Positions 1 to 11,734 of a stretch of DNA of 24,289 nt are shown piece after piece. Location of the stretch: assembly GCA_002794465.1 (NCBI GenBank), contig MTSL01000089.1, positions 1 to 24,289 on the forward strand, read 5' to 3'. The translations under genes and the position numbers were made by a program. Each line of letters opens with the position of its first letter. Position 1 is the stretch's first letter. Below the pieces are notes generated by a model. The model ran no database searches, had not been told where the DNA came from, and was given only the letters and a program-made list of their open reading frames with translations. Source of the DNA: Paramicrosporidium saccamoebae KSL3. Taxonomy: Eukaryota; Fungi; Cryptomycota.

Positions 1-1348
1 CAGAATCAGATCCAGAGCCAGAGTCAAGATTCGGGGGCGGCGGAGAAGTAGGAACTGTTTCCACCGTAAAATACTCAGGCACGCCGCCCGACCCACTTAT
101 ACTTATAACATTAGGCACCGCCGATAACGGAGGTTGTGGGCCATGCGATCCAGACTTCCGAACAAGCCAAGTCCTATCCAAAGTTCCTCCCTTAAAAAAT
201 TCAGGCACATCCGCTGCCCCAGTTTCAGGCCTAGTCGTTTTATGCAATTTGACTTGCACATTCTTTGAATTAATCGTCATATACACAGGCCTATCATTAG
301 AAATAGAGCCGAATCCAGATCCAGGAGCATCACCGTTCCAATCAAATTCAGGGCCATAGTCATCTGGATTATCCTGATGGCAATCGACAATACTGCGATA
401 AATGTGTCTCATCATGATAGGGAGACTTTTTCCATTAGCAAGGAATTGCTTGCATGGCCCATTAAGAGAAGTCATGGCAGCACCGTTTTCCTCTAAGAAC
501 TCATCGAAGCCATTAGTATCATACCCAAAGTACCTCATGTTGGGTGCTGGCTGGAGGAACCGTTCTTCAAAGCCCAAGAAGTTATCAACAGCAGATCCGC
601 AATAGTAAAGAATCTCTTTGGGTAAGGGACCCTTTCTTTCTTGCATAAACTCCACAGCACAAGTTTCCAAGTGATACGCAAGGGCAGTAGCCTTTAAATA
701 CTCACGTAGTACTTCAGGAACGAGATTCCAGATGGCATCCCAATTTTGGAGTATTTTGAATGGCACGGGCTTTTCATAAAGGTCAGCAATTAGGCAGGTC
801 ACAACACCAACGGACCAGCCCTTTGCCTGGATGGTATCGTTGGGTTTCTCGCTCTGTAAAACTTTTTCGCACTTCTCAATAAATTCAGGTTCAGGGACTA
901 AGGTTGACAGTAAGACAAGCGAGTCTAAGCAAAACTTTTGGGCCTTATCATCTACACCACAGCCTGCCACATCCCATGCTTCCACGCGGTTCATCGCTAT
1001 TGTGCCCTCGGTTCCGACGTTTAAATTAGCATAAAAACCTAGTAGTTCTCCTCTCCAATTCCTCGGATCGCTAAGGGGTGGCGGCCTGCAATACTCAATC
1101 AGCTTACCCATCTCTGTCAAACCATTTCCCTTCGCTGGGTCAAACATGGTCGCCAGCACACGTCCGCGGCGATTCTCAAGTGTTTCATGCTCAATAGGGC
1201 GGGCGTTCAATTCCTCTGCAGTCTCGAAATACTTGTCCCAGATCGCCTTGGCTGGGTGGCCAGGACCTGGATCATTACATTCCAGCACCGTTGAGGCGTG
1301 GACAGTCTGTAGCAATAAGAAACTAGCAACAGCAACTTTCAAATACAT
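1..1348 (-). CDS. Secreted orphan protein, at least 449 aa, 3'-truncated by the window edge (absent from ORF track)
   Basis: Manual translation from ATG at 1348 gives a stop-free frame to base 2: MYLKVAVASFLLLQTVHA|STVLECNDPGPGHPAKAIWDKYF...VPTSPPPPNLDSGSGSDS. The N-terminus has a signal-peptide pattern (K, hydrophobic core, VHA-S cleavage-like site), there are several Cys, and the end is Pro/Ser/Gly-rich. No family recognised. Confidence 0.85.
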   Translation of the reverse strand, partial: MYLKVAVASFLLLQTVHASTVLECNDPGPGHPAKAIWDKYFETAEELNARPIEHETLENRRGRVLATMFDPAKGNGLTEMGKLIEYCRPPPLSDPRNWRGELLGFYANLNVGTEGTIAMNRVEAWDVAGCGVDDKAQKFCLDSLVLLSTLVPEPEFIEKCEKVLQSEKPNDTIQAKGWSVGVVTCLIADLYEKPVPFKILQNWDAIWNLVPEVLREYLKATALAYHLETCAVEFMQERKGPLPKEILYYCGSAVDNFLGFEERFLQPAPNMRYFGYDTNGFDEFLEENGAAMTSLNGPCKQFLANGKSLPIMMRHIYRSIVDCHQDNPDDYGPEFDWNGDAPGSGFGSISNDRPVYMTINSKNVQVKLHKTTRPETGAADVPEFFKGGTLDRTWLVRKSGSHGPQPPLSAVPNVISISGSGGVPEYFTVETVPTSPPPPNLDSGSGSDS

Positions 1349-1386
1349 CTCAATGCCTATGCGACTGTACGACTGTCTTGTACTCA

Positions 1387-1586
1387 CCAATCCACACGCT
1401 CACGCACCAATCATAGAGGCCTTCCAACCCGTCGAGTATCCAATCAGAAGATTACCCAGGTATGCCCATCACCAATAGAGATGCCAATGCACCATTGGTT
1501 AGGACTTGAAAATGCGAGCCAATGCGCTGAAGAGCAAACCGAATAAATCGACTAAATCCCGCACCAATGATATTGGGGTTTATTGG
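1387..1586. promoter_or_regulatory. Cluster of CCAAT/ATTGG pentamers upstream of the 1348 (-) start
   Basis: CCAAT at 1387, 1407, 1440, 1472, 1484, 1519, 1564; ATTGG at 1494, 1572, 1582. CCAAT-box function is inferred. Confidence 0.5.
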
Positions 1587-4500
1587 TTAAGCGATTTAGT
1601 AAATTCATCGACATTGAAGGACTGACTGTACTCGTCCTTGTCCATCTGCTCATCGTCGACAAACACAGCAGCGTGTTTCTGAAGCCACTTTGTCGCCTCA
1701 CTCGGTTTACTCTCCGTCTTTGTCTTTTTCTCTGACGGCGCCAGTAGTTCCAGCAAATCGACACGCTCCTCGCCCTGTTGTTGCACCACTGTGGCGGCCA
1801 CTTTAGTCTTCCACCGTTGCAGTCCTAAGATCTGCTGCTCGAGAGTGTCTCTTAGAACGAGGCGGTAGACATTGACGACGCGTTTCTGACCGAGTCGATG
1901 GGCACGATCCATGGCCTGCAGATCGCGCATCGGATTCCAATCGTGTTCAACAAAAATGACCGTGTCAGCGCCCGTCAGATTCAGGCCCAATCCTCCCACC
2001 TGAGTTGTGAGTAGAAGGGCGCCAATGGTGGGATCGGAATTGAACCGTTGCGCAATGTCAAAGCGCGCCCGTTGTTCGACTGAACCATCTAATCGCAGAA
2101 ACTGTAGATGCGCCATGTGTTTCTTGAACACTAGACGTTCAATCAAATCCAAGGTGCTCTTTTGTTGGGCAAAAATGAGCACACGATGTGCCTCTTCTCC
2201 GTTCAGTTCGTCCTCGCCATCCGCTCCTAGTCCACATTCTTCAAGTAGCTCCTTAAGAAGAAGCAGTTTTGGCGATACGGCCAAATCGTCCAATGTAACA
2301 CCGCTTGCATCCAATTCCTTTTGGACTCGATCACGGAGGGGATGGTCATTAGTCAGAACCATTGCAGGATGGACGCAAATCTTTCTAAGATATTGCAATG
2401 CCTGGAACACGTGCATTCCCTTCTTCTCCGTCTCGGTGTGAAGCGTCTCTATCACTTCCTTTGCCATCTGCGCATCATTGAATAAGTCGTCATACAGAAT
2501 CCTCTGAATCTCACTCAGATCGCACTCGTAGTCTTGGATAATTTTCGGGGGGAGGTCCTTGAGCACGTGTTCCTTCATTCTCCTGAGCAAGAATGGCAGA
2601 ACCTGCGTGTGCAATGCCTTCAACTTGCGATCTGCCTCTTCAAACTCCTTTGCTCCCGCGTTTGACTTGTTTCCCCCGGCACCCATAGTGGTGGATGGTT
2701 GCACCGCCATGATGGACTTTCCATATCTCTCCATAAACTGTGCCTCGTCTCCCAACATTCCGGGCATGAGAAAATCAAACAAGGACCACAACTCTCCCAC
2801 ATTGTTTTGGATGGGTGTTCCGGACAGGATGAGTCGATGATCTGCGCGAATCATCTTTACCGCCTGTGTGAGCTTTGTTTTGGGATTCTTAATGACATGA
2901 CCTTCGTCTAGAACGGCATAGCTCCATGAATGCTGGCTGAAAAGATGAATGTCACTTCGCAGTACCTCGTATGACGTCACCACAATTCGGTGATTTGTCA
3001 ATCCTTTCCACAGGTTCCGTCTCGTCACTGGAGCACCGTAGATGAGCAGCGGCTCACCTAATGAGGGTGCATAATTCATTACTTCGTGATGCCAATGTCC
3101 CACCAAACTGGCTGGACATACAACCAACGAGGGGAGAGTCGGCAATCCCTCCTTTACTCGATTCGACTGGTCACAGGCCAACATGCAAATAGTTTGCAGC
3201 GTCTTGCCCAGTCCCATATCGTCACACAATGCTCCATTTAATCCAAATTGGCACAGGAATGCCAACCAGTTTACTCCAGCTTTTTGGTACGGCCGCAGTT
3301 CAGCCCTAATCTCCACTGTCGACATGTCGTATTCAGGAATTGCCATTGCTCGTCCATGCCCTCCCTCCAGCAAGTCTTCTGGTGAATCGCCCATGAATTG
3401 CGCCAGGAAAGACTCGGCCTTTTGGCTCTCCATCATTACTTGGTTGCTGTGCTGAGATACATCCAGCGATCGGCTTAGTGGCACTAATTGGACCAATTCA
3501 CCAAAGATCCCCGAGGCCAACATCCGAACAGTCTCCTCCGAATCGGCAATCCTTCCCAACACGGGAATCAGGAAGAGCGCCGCATATTCACAATGTTCAT
3601 TGCTGGAAAATAGTCGCTTTACTATTGTCAAAATTCGACTCCGTTCAAGACGCCCACAGCTTTTCATCATGGGTAGAACTGTCTCAATCAAGAAATCAAT
3701 CGTCTTGATTTTCTGGCGTCTACTCAGGGCAACAAACAGATCGGACACTAAATCTGATTCCCAAATCGACTCGTCGGGTGAATCCAGAGTGGCCAGTAGC
3801 AAGTCAGTTGGTAGAGTAGTGGCAGGTGATACGAGTTCTTTTGCCAGCTGAAATTCCATCCTTTCCACGCCAGGGAGTTGAACATTGGTCATCTCGAACA
3901 CCTTCAAGGCATTGCAACGAGTCTCTTTCGACACGATGGGCGACAATAATTCAATACAGGGATCACATTTTTTCAACAAAATTGCTGCATCCTCTTGCAA
4001 TGGTGTCTCATCTTCCATACCAATTAGTCTGATCAACGCCTCGGCATTGGCAGAATCGTCTAAAGCCAGTCTAAACGCGCTCCATTTCCTCAAATCCCAA
4101 ATGTCATCCGCCGCATCTCCAGCCGACTTTAAATAGTTTGAACCAAACAACCACCATCCGACGCATTGGGAGAGGGCATCATCAGCAACCAATGACGTCG
4201 AAATCTTTTGTTGCACTGAAGCATCGTACAGTTTCGAGATTAGTGCAACTGGCCGTGCGGCAATCCGACGCGCAGAGACGGAGACACTTTGGATCATCAC
4301 ATCGGACGCCTTGAATCCTATTTCATGGGCAGCCGGTTTGCTGGTTGTCACAATCCCTTGTTCGTCAGAGCAGCTCTCAACGAACACAAAGTGTCGCTCT
4401 TCATAAGGTTTTTCTCTGGGAGTAAGGAGGATGGAACAGACAGAAACATATGCAGCCAACAATTCTCGCGATGGAGCTATCATCGGAATAATACTCTTTA

Positions 4501-6117
4501 AAAGGATTTCCGACTTGCTCCTTACAGTATTTAGATCATCCAACACAATGCACTGCACCAACAGTCGAAACAGTAATATCAACTCGGTGGGACTCAAAGT
4601 ACTCCCTCCAACCAGCGCAGCGAGGGCATCCAAAGCGCCCTCGCGCACTTTGGACATGGGATGACGCAACCTCATGCACACTGAAAATATTACATTCTTG
4701 TCTTCCCCCCGCAGTGATCGTATCAGACTCAGTGCATGCACTAAAATGGCACCGCCGACCGAAGAGTCATCGTCAACGTCGCGTATTACACTAACGGCAC
4801 ACCCAAAGACGAGATTTCGATCAATTTTGCCAGGCGGATTATCAATGGCACATAATCGCTCCAACAGTTCTGCAGAGAGGGCACGAATGTCCTCGTCGCC
4901 ATCCTCACAGCCGGCCAATCCAAGAGTGGTGAGGGTGGTAAAGGTGTCTGCATCAGTAAAGACGTTACGATCCACTGCCGAGAGATATTTTATGCACAGT
5001 AATCCACTATGTCTCACTTGCCAATCATCACGATATTGTGCCATGATCAAAACAAAGTGCCATATTCGCTTCTGAAGAATCGGAGCGTCCTTTAACTGCA
5101 GGAAAATTATCGTTAGACATTGCGCAGCCGTCTCCCGCACAGGGGCAATAGTTTGATCGCCAACAAAGTCACCAAATCGATCCAATCCCAACACTGCCAA
5201 CACATTTCTCGCCAACACCATCAACAAGAGGAGGGGATAGGCAGATTTCGATTCCGACATTGGTTTTGCCAACGTTTTAATTCCAAGAAGGGCGCCATGT
5301 CGGACAGTCCAATTTGTGTTTAGCACATTGGAACGAACAGTGAGGAGCGTTCGTAGTACGACATTTTCGCTGGCAGCGTTCAAAAAGAGCTCGCTCTCAT
5401 CAAGATCCAGTTTGGCCGTCTTTTTTGTACTGCTTGATCGCTCAACCTTGTTGATCGTCTTGTTCTTCCTCTTCAGCATTGTCTTTTCCCTCGAGCTGAG
5501 CTCCCTATCCTCCTCCAATGTTTTTTCCACAATGGCTTCACCTTCCATCAGATCACGATCCTCAATCAGATCGTTACTGAGATCATCAAGTCCCTCCATC
5601 AGCTCCAACGTCTTTTTCAGCTGCTTCTTTTGTTGCGCAATCCGATCGGCGGTGGACATTGCCGAAAGATCAACTTCAAATTCCTAAATTGAGAAACCAA
5701 TGGTTTTGGTACTGCTCCCAAAGATGCAACTAGCGGCTCATGCTCTCGTATGAATTCTTCGAGGTTAAAGTCCATGAGCAATTTCAGCGCCTTATCACGG
5801 TCATCCTGCACCTCCACTACCACTGGCTCGTCGACAAATCTTTTCCTCCCCTCCGTCAGAGCATATTCAACTGCCGTTCTTACCTCCCAGTTCTTGCTCA
5901 TCAGCAGTATTTTGACGAGCTAAAAGTCAACACACTGTCACTTTGTACGCGTGTCAGGATGCCCGCCGTGCAATGAGAGGCCAACTGTTTGGAAGCCATT
6001 AGGCGCACAGCCGTGCTTGAATTCCCATTCTCAATGAGCTGGAATAGTCGTTCAGTGCTAAAACGTCAAGGACGAATTAATGCATTACCGACCAACCGGG
6101 GCACCATCTCCCCCCAT
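1580..6117 (-). CDS. MOT1: TBP-associated SNF2-family ATPase Mot1/BTAF1, about 1,482 aa, 4 exons
   Basis: Exons 6117-6089, 6057-5949, 5919-5713, 5683-1580; introns 6088-6058 (31 nt), 5948-5920 (29), 5712-5684 (29). Spliced N-terminus MGGDGAPVGRTERLFQLIENGNSSTAVRLMASKQL...SKNWEVRTA resembles Mot1. Also RFGDFVGDQTIAPVRETAAQ, HEAT region, and SNF2 motifs LCDDMGLGKTLQ, VLDEGH, SGTPIQNN, FLLRRMK, QAMDRAHRLGQ. Confidence 0.95.
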
Positions 6118-6379
6118 CGACCTTGCGGCCACTGCAATTTCTTCCCTTTTATACTTCCACCCCGGTCGTCGAATATGACAAATTATGTCCATGCCCGACT
6201 ACTTGAAAGACTATTACCAGTTATCCACCTCAAATCGCATTGCAGTTGACACTGTTTAATACTGTGGGTCAGGACTCTAGGGCCCTGCTACAAATCTCAC
6301 AAGTACCAACCCGGATAACTGTTGACACCATTTGATCCATTTGGTCTCAAATAGACCGACTATGCACACCACAATTTGT

Positions 6380-7405
6380 TTATTGGACTCGATTTGCGAG
6401 TAAATTCTTTATATAAAACTCTCCCGCCTTGTATGAAGAGCGCACCAGCGGGCCAGAGGCCACATAGGCAAATCCCATGCGTTCTCCTACGCCCCGCCAC
6501 TCTTCAAACTTTTCCGGCCGCACATATTCACTCACCTTTTTGTGTCTCTTTGTGGGTCGCATATATTGGCCCAGTGTCACGCAATCAACCCCAACCCCCC
6601 GCAGATCATGTAATGTCTGATGGATTTGCGCATCTGTCTCGCCGAAGCCCAACATGATGGACGATTTGGTGATGACACTGGGAAAGGCTTTCTTGACATA
6701 TTCCAAGACAGAAAGCGATTGTTTGTAGGTGGCGCGGGAGTCTCGGACCTGAGGAGTCAATTCTTCCACCGTCTCCACATTGTGTGCATAGACATGCAAA
6801 CCAGATTCAGCCACCGTATGAACGTCTGTCAATTTCCCTTGGAAATCGCCTGTGAGACATTCAACCAATGCCTTGGAGCGCTTCCTCAAAGTCCGGACCG
6901 TTTCAGCAAAATGCAACGCGCCTCCGTCAGGAAGATCATCCCTGTCCACCGACGTGAGCACCACATAGTCCAGTCCCCATTTTGCAATTGCCTGGGCCAC
7001 ATGTTCCGGTTCATTGGGGTCGAGTGGCTTTGGAGTTCGGGAGGTTTTGACAGCACAAAAGTGACATCCTCGGGTGCACTGGTCGCCCATTATCATGATG
7101 GTTGCCGTTGCGGTGCCTTTCTCTCCGCCCCAACAGTCTCCGATATTTGGACATTTTGCCTCTTCACACACCTATCGAATGAGGATTCCTTGTGACACCC
7201 ATACAGTGTGCAGCTTCAACTCGCGCAAATTGTCTTTTAGGGTGGAGAATTTTTCACTGGTCGGGATGGGCACACGAAGCCATTCAGGAAGCCGTCCATT
7301 TCCAGGAAGACTGGTTGTATCCTCAAGAAAGTCGGTTTGCAGACGCTGTCTCAATGTCTCCAGTCGTCCGCCTGTTAGCCTTTTCACAAAATGGGGACGG
7401 AACAT
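6380..7405 (-). CDS. LIP5: Mitochondrial lipoyl synthase (radical SAM), about 330 aa, 2 exons
   Basis: Exons 7405-7205 and 7171-6380; 33-nt intron 7204-7172 (GTATGG...CTCAT...TAG). Motifs [12 protein letters not shown] (CX4CX5C), CTRGCHFC (CX3CX2C) and C-terminal RSSY. Arg-rich N-terminus is consistent with a presequence. Alternative in-frame ATG at 7417. Confidence 0.96.
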
Positions 7406-7574
7406 TTGACCAATCATTCTCCGACTTTCGATTGACTTGCAGAGTTAATGTTCCAAAGTAGAGGCCTCACCAAGAAGGATACACATTTATTACCAATATA
7501 TAAATAGCTGATTGTATGTAGTATCAATATATAACTAGATTTATCCATGACTCTTAAATCGAATTCCTCACATT

Positions 7575-7596
7575 CCCCCCCCCCACCACCACCACC
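7575..7596. repeat. C10 homopolymer followed by (ACC)4 in the divergent LIP5 / secreted-gene promoter
   Basis: Directly visible: CCCCCCCCCC ACCACCACCACC. Confidence 0.9.
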
Positions 7597-7643
7597 AATC
7601 AATTCACCACTCCACAGATTGGTCCACCACGGGACAACAAGCA

Positions 7644-7672
7644 CCAATGACTAGATTTGCTCAGGCACCAAT
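7644..7672 (+). promoter_or_regulatory. Two CCAAT boxes 24 bp apart upstream of secreted paralog A
   Basis: CCAAT at 7644 and 7668 (73 and 49 bp before ATG 7717); the same layout occurs before paralog B. Confidence 0.6.
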
Positions 7673-7716
7673 CGGGAGCATTACAAATGCATCGGTGTCG
7701 TGTCTTTCAGGAAACG

Positions 7717-10700
7717 ATGATACTGCTACTCGCTGTCCTTTTTGGCAGTGCGTTGTCAGCTGTTGTTCCAGATTTCACCCCCCTCACAAAGGTCCCTCCT
7801 CACGATGTATGGCCTACTCAGGTCTATACCAGTGGGGAGATTCAGAGGAATACGATGCACGACAAATACATTGTATACCTCGAGCAGGGCCGATACATAG
7901 CCTTCATTCAGGCCCTCTCCGTTTCCAGAAAGCCTGCCATCAAGGAGCCAGCACTTATCCCCGATTACATGGACATCCATGCGGCGGGCGGGCTGCCATT
8001 GGAGCCCAGCTATCAGGAGAATACATTACAACTCATCTCTGAGATTAATTCCATCCCAGAAGATGGCGAAGGAGAGCGAGCATTGAAACGACAAGTGATT
8101 AGAGCTTACATCCGGTACCATTGGCAGGTTTACAAGAGTCTCAACCGCCTGGCACTCACAATCTTCTATCCCAACTCAACCGCCACCTCCACCGACCATC
8201 GGGTACTGATCTGGGCAGAAGAGCTGATCAATCAATTGGAGCCCAAAGACATGCCAGAGTGGTACAAATGGTTGGCAGTGCATAGAATCCCAGGCTACAA
8301 TGTTGAAGAAGCGCGCGCTATGACGTATCTAATTCTCTCATTTCTAATTATTTAGGGCTGCCATTGGATATCTAAAGATTCTGACTAGCAAGAGCGCCTC
8401 GGTTGAGCGTGACCGCACTGGAGAGTTATCCTCATCCATTAGTTTTACCTACACGCAGGGCTTTAAACAAAAGCTCATTGATAATCTCATCTCAAGACAC
8501 CTACACAAGGAGCTCTTGGAGTATTTGCGCACCCTTGCCGGCGACGACAAGGCGAAACGGCATAGATTGAGCACAAAGAATCTGACGTCAGGCAAGCCGG
8601 TGGAGGAGCAAACCTTTTTTCTAAAGCTCAACAAATACCCAGCAAATGCCTTTGACGCAGTAATGACCATTCTGGGTGACATTACCATATCCGGCGACGA
8701 CAAGGCCAAGATCATGGAAAGATTTAAACAACCTATGTGTGCCTCCCTAAAGCCAAACCGTCCTCAGAATCTTGCCAGATTCTTCACCATGCTCGCCCTG
8801 ATGCCGGACCCCATGGCGGGATCAAAACCGACAGGATCTTGGGAACTTCGGTCCTTATTTATAGAGTTGTGTGAGCCGCATAGAGATGTCTCCTGGATTA
8901 AGAAGGTGAACGAAATTGTCTTTAAGGAGCAACCTGCCCTGGGGACAAAGGTCCTTGAAGCGCTTCTTGATCATGGCATTGGCAGTCGTGCTGGCAAACT
9001 TGATGATTTTCTCCCGACAACCAGAGAGGCATTGTCTCGCAGTGTGCTGGAGGCTCGACATGAACTGCAGATTCCTCTGACCCGGCCCAATTTAGACATT
9101 TCCTGGCTGCTCCACGACAAGTTGCACAAACCAGGACAGCTGGAAGAGATTGATGGAGCCCAATATCTCAGCGAACACGGTCCCATAGAGAGGAGCCGCC
9201 GTCTCTTTGATATCCAAATTGACCGATCTCCACGCTCCACAGCTGGACGCAAATCCCTGTCCATTGAGACTCCCCTTGCTTTCCCGGATCTGACTTGGAT
9301 GCTCCATAAGGATTTGCAAACCTCTGTGCATAAATACGAAATTGGTGGGTTCCACCAGCTCAGCGTCCATGGTCCTAGGAGAAGGGATCGTCGTCTATTT
9401 GATATTCAAATAGGACAACCCCGACGATCCACTGCCAGTCGAAAATCCCTGTCCCTTGATCCACCGATTCGCCCCGATCTGTCCTGGTTGCTGCCCCTAG
9501 CCGGCCGTACCATCTATCGCCGAGCACACCCAAAATCCATGCTTGGCTTTCTAAAAGATCGCAGCCATTTTGATTTTGACGGCATTGTGTTGCTGGGAGA
9601 GATGACCAAGATTCAGGAGACTCTGCTGTCCATGACTGTGAAGGGTCAGTTACCCTTGACCAAATTGTTTGAGACGACAGGAAGGATGCTGTTCAGTGAG
9701 GCTCACCCAGAAACATACAAACTGTTTACCAATTACGCAACTGCCGCGCAGCTCTCGTTCATCAAATTGAATGACTCGACCAAAGAAGCTGCTGCAGACA
9801 ACAAGACAAAAAGCGTGGCTTTTGAGAACAATATCCGAGGCGATAGCGCTGCGCTTGCATCATTTTACGGAGAAAGGGGGCTTGCTGACTCCCCGGGATT
9901 CATCGACATGGTGGTTGATCTTGCCAAGATGGCCAGTGACAACTTTCCGACCAAAAAGATGGACGCAGATAGCCCCCTTGCCTATCCTGTAGCAAGACAT
10001 GTCCTTTGCGGTATATGTTTTGGCCCTGTCGGAGATGCAGTGGGACCCACTCGTTGTCAAAAGTTTGCTGAACATCTCATCCACCGATATCGCGAACAGA
10101 TGCTGATTCTGATGGACATGCGCACTGACAGTTCAATGGGTGCCTCTGCTGTAAAACAAATTGACCAACTTAACGAGGAGTACTACAAGTTGATGGGAGA
10201 TTTGCACAGGATATTCCTACAAGAGTTTTCCCTCACGATAGAAAATGGTTTCGAGAAATATGAATGGCAAGCGGGCCTCTATGGCGACGACGCCAAAATG
10301 GCCAATACCATTACGCTTGATTACGTCAGACTGTTGTCTAGCACACTGAATTTGTCTACTATGGCCCCGTTCCGTCTTGCGCTCTATCCATGGGCCAGAC
10401 ATGAGTTGCTGCAGGCCAAGGACAATGGCGAGTTTGTCGATTCCGAACTTTTGCGGGGTCTCACCCACAACAACCTCATATTGGACATGAAGTTTTTCTT
10501 TGAGAGAAAACAAAGTCCCACCTTTTTCTACACGGACGGATTCAAATATTTTTTCACCAAGGCGGTGCATACATTGGCCACCACCAGTGGCTTCCCCCTT
10601 CCAGCTTCTGTACGGCTGAATCGATGGAGCCCCCAACCAGTGGAAGCGTTTCCAGATTGTGAGCCATCCCCCGCGTCTCAGTCCCAATCAGCTACAGCCG

Positions 10701-11302
10701 AAGCGTCGGCTGAAGGCACTGATACAACGCCACCGGAAGAGCGGTTTGCCGAGGCGCGTCGTCAACATCAGAAAGAGTTGAACGATCCTATCGATCCAAA
10801 CATTTCCGATACGGATCCGGAATACACTTGCACGGAGCGTCTGCTTGTTCTTTACTTTGAGCAGATCCAATTTCCATTACATCGTGTCGAAATTCCTCCG
10901 CAATTTGAATGGCCCCGTGCAGTGAAAGGATCGCGTCGTCCCGAGGAACCGTTGGATACATTTATCCAGGAATGGCTGCTCGATGTGTACGACCAGCTGA
11001 GTGATAACATTGGAGATCGCAGTGTCAAATTTGACGCACTACAAGCCTTGAGACTGCTTTCGGCGTACATCCGAACTTTGATGAAGTTTATGGGCTTTTC
11101 GCCCACCATTGCCCACGATTTGCTGGTTTACATGTACAGCCCCCTCCATGACGCTGTCATCCAGAAGGGCCAAGAACTACCTTCCACAAGCACTATTACT
11201 ATAAAACCGAAGAAGGCGGGTGCTGCTGCTGCACCGACATCGGGCCTCAGCTCAAAGGAAGAGTTAGAGGCAAAGCTACGCAGGAGAGGCGAGCAAGGTT
11301 GA
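7717..11302 (+). CDS. Large secreted orphan protein, paralog A, about 1,184 aa, 2 exons
   Basis: Signal peptide MILLLAVLFGSALSA from ATG 7717. Removing intron 8325-8355 (31 nt, GTATCT...CTAAT TATTTAG) joins ORF 7657-8355 in frame to ORF 8516-11302 (..ARAMT/AAIGYLKIL..). Collinear similarity to 11735-15041 along its length (KRQVIRA, RYREQMLI, LDYVR, MAPFR, YTDGFKYF, AVHTLA, P[Q/E]FEWP). Confidence 0.88.
9086..9490 (+). repeat. Internal coding repeat of about 192 bp (64 aa), about 2.1 copies, in paralog A
   Basis: Trp codons of [D/L]xSW/LTW motif at 9104, 9296, 9485; RLFDIQI at 9200 and 9392; RKSLS twice. Confidence 0.9.
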
Positions 11303-11559
11303 TATATAGGATAGATCAATGATAAATAATAATGTTTGTTCCCAGCGAGATTTGTGGTAATTGCCTGTAAAAGAGGTAAATTTGCATACATAATATACTC
11401 TTTCTCCGTGATCCGTTAATATACTTGATCACAATATTGTGACGTAGAGGCAGAGGATTGACTAGTTGCTGGGTATTTGAGGACAGTGAGATGTGATGTG
11501 TATCTATACTATTATAGGATTAGCAGTGAACAATCCCCCTTCCCGTCTGTGGTATTATC

Positions 11560-11610
11560 CCCACTACGCGACAACTCCCACTACGCGACAGTTCCCACGG
11601 CGCGATAATA
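11560..11610. repeat. 17-bp tandem repeat, 3 copies, upstream of paralog B
   Basis: CCCACTACGCGACAACT / CCCACTACGCGACAGTT / CCCACGGCGCGATAATA. Confidence 0.9.
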
Positions 11611-11660
11611 CAAATCCATATCATGGTCAAAAATGCAACTCGTTGGTTGGTCCTTGAACA

Positions 11661-11689
11661 CCAATAATCTTTGGACCCTGCGAACCAAT
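11661..11689 (+). promoter_or_regulatory. Two CCAAT boxes 24 bp apart upstream of secreted paralog B
   Basis: CCAAT at 11661 and 11685 (74 and 50 bp before ATG 11735). Confidence 0.6.
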
Positions 11690-11734
11690 CGTCATTTAAC
11701 CATGTTGACGACGCACACCTCGCTGAGATTCAAG

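Noticed and set aside
330-360. PEFDW in the 1-1348 protein versus PQFEW/PEFEW in paralogs A and B
   Set aside because: Five residues with no flanking similarity; insufficient to call homology.
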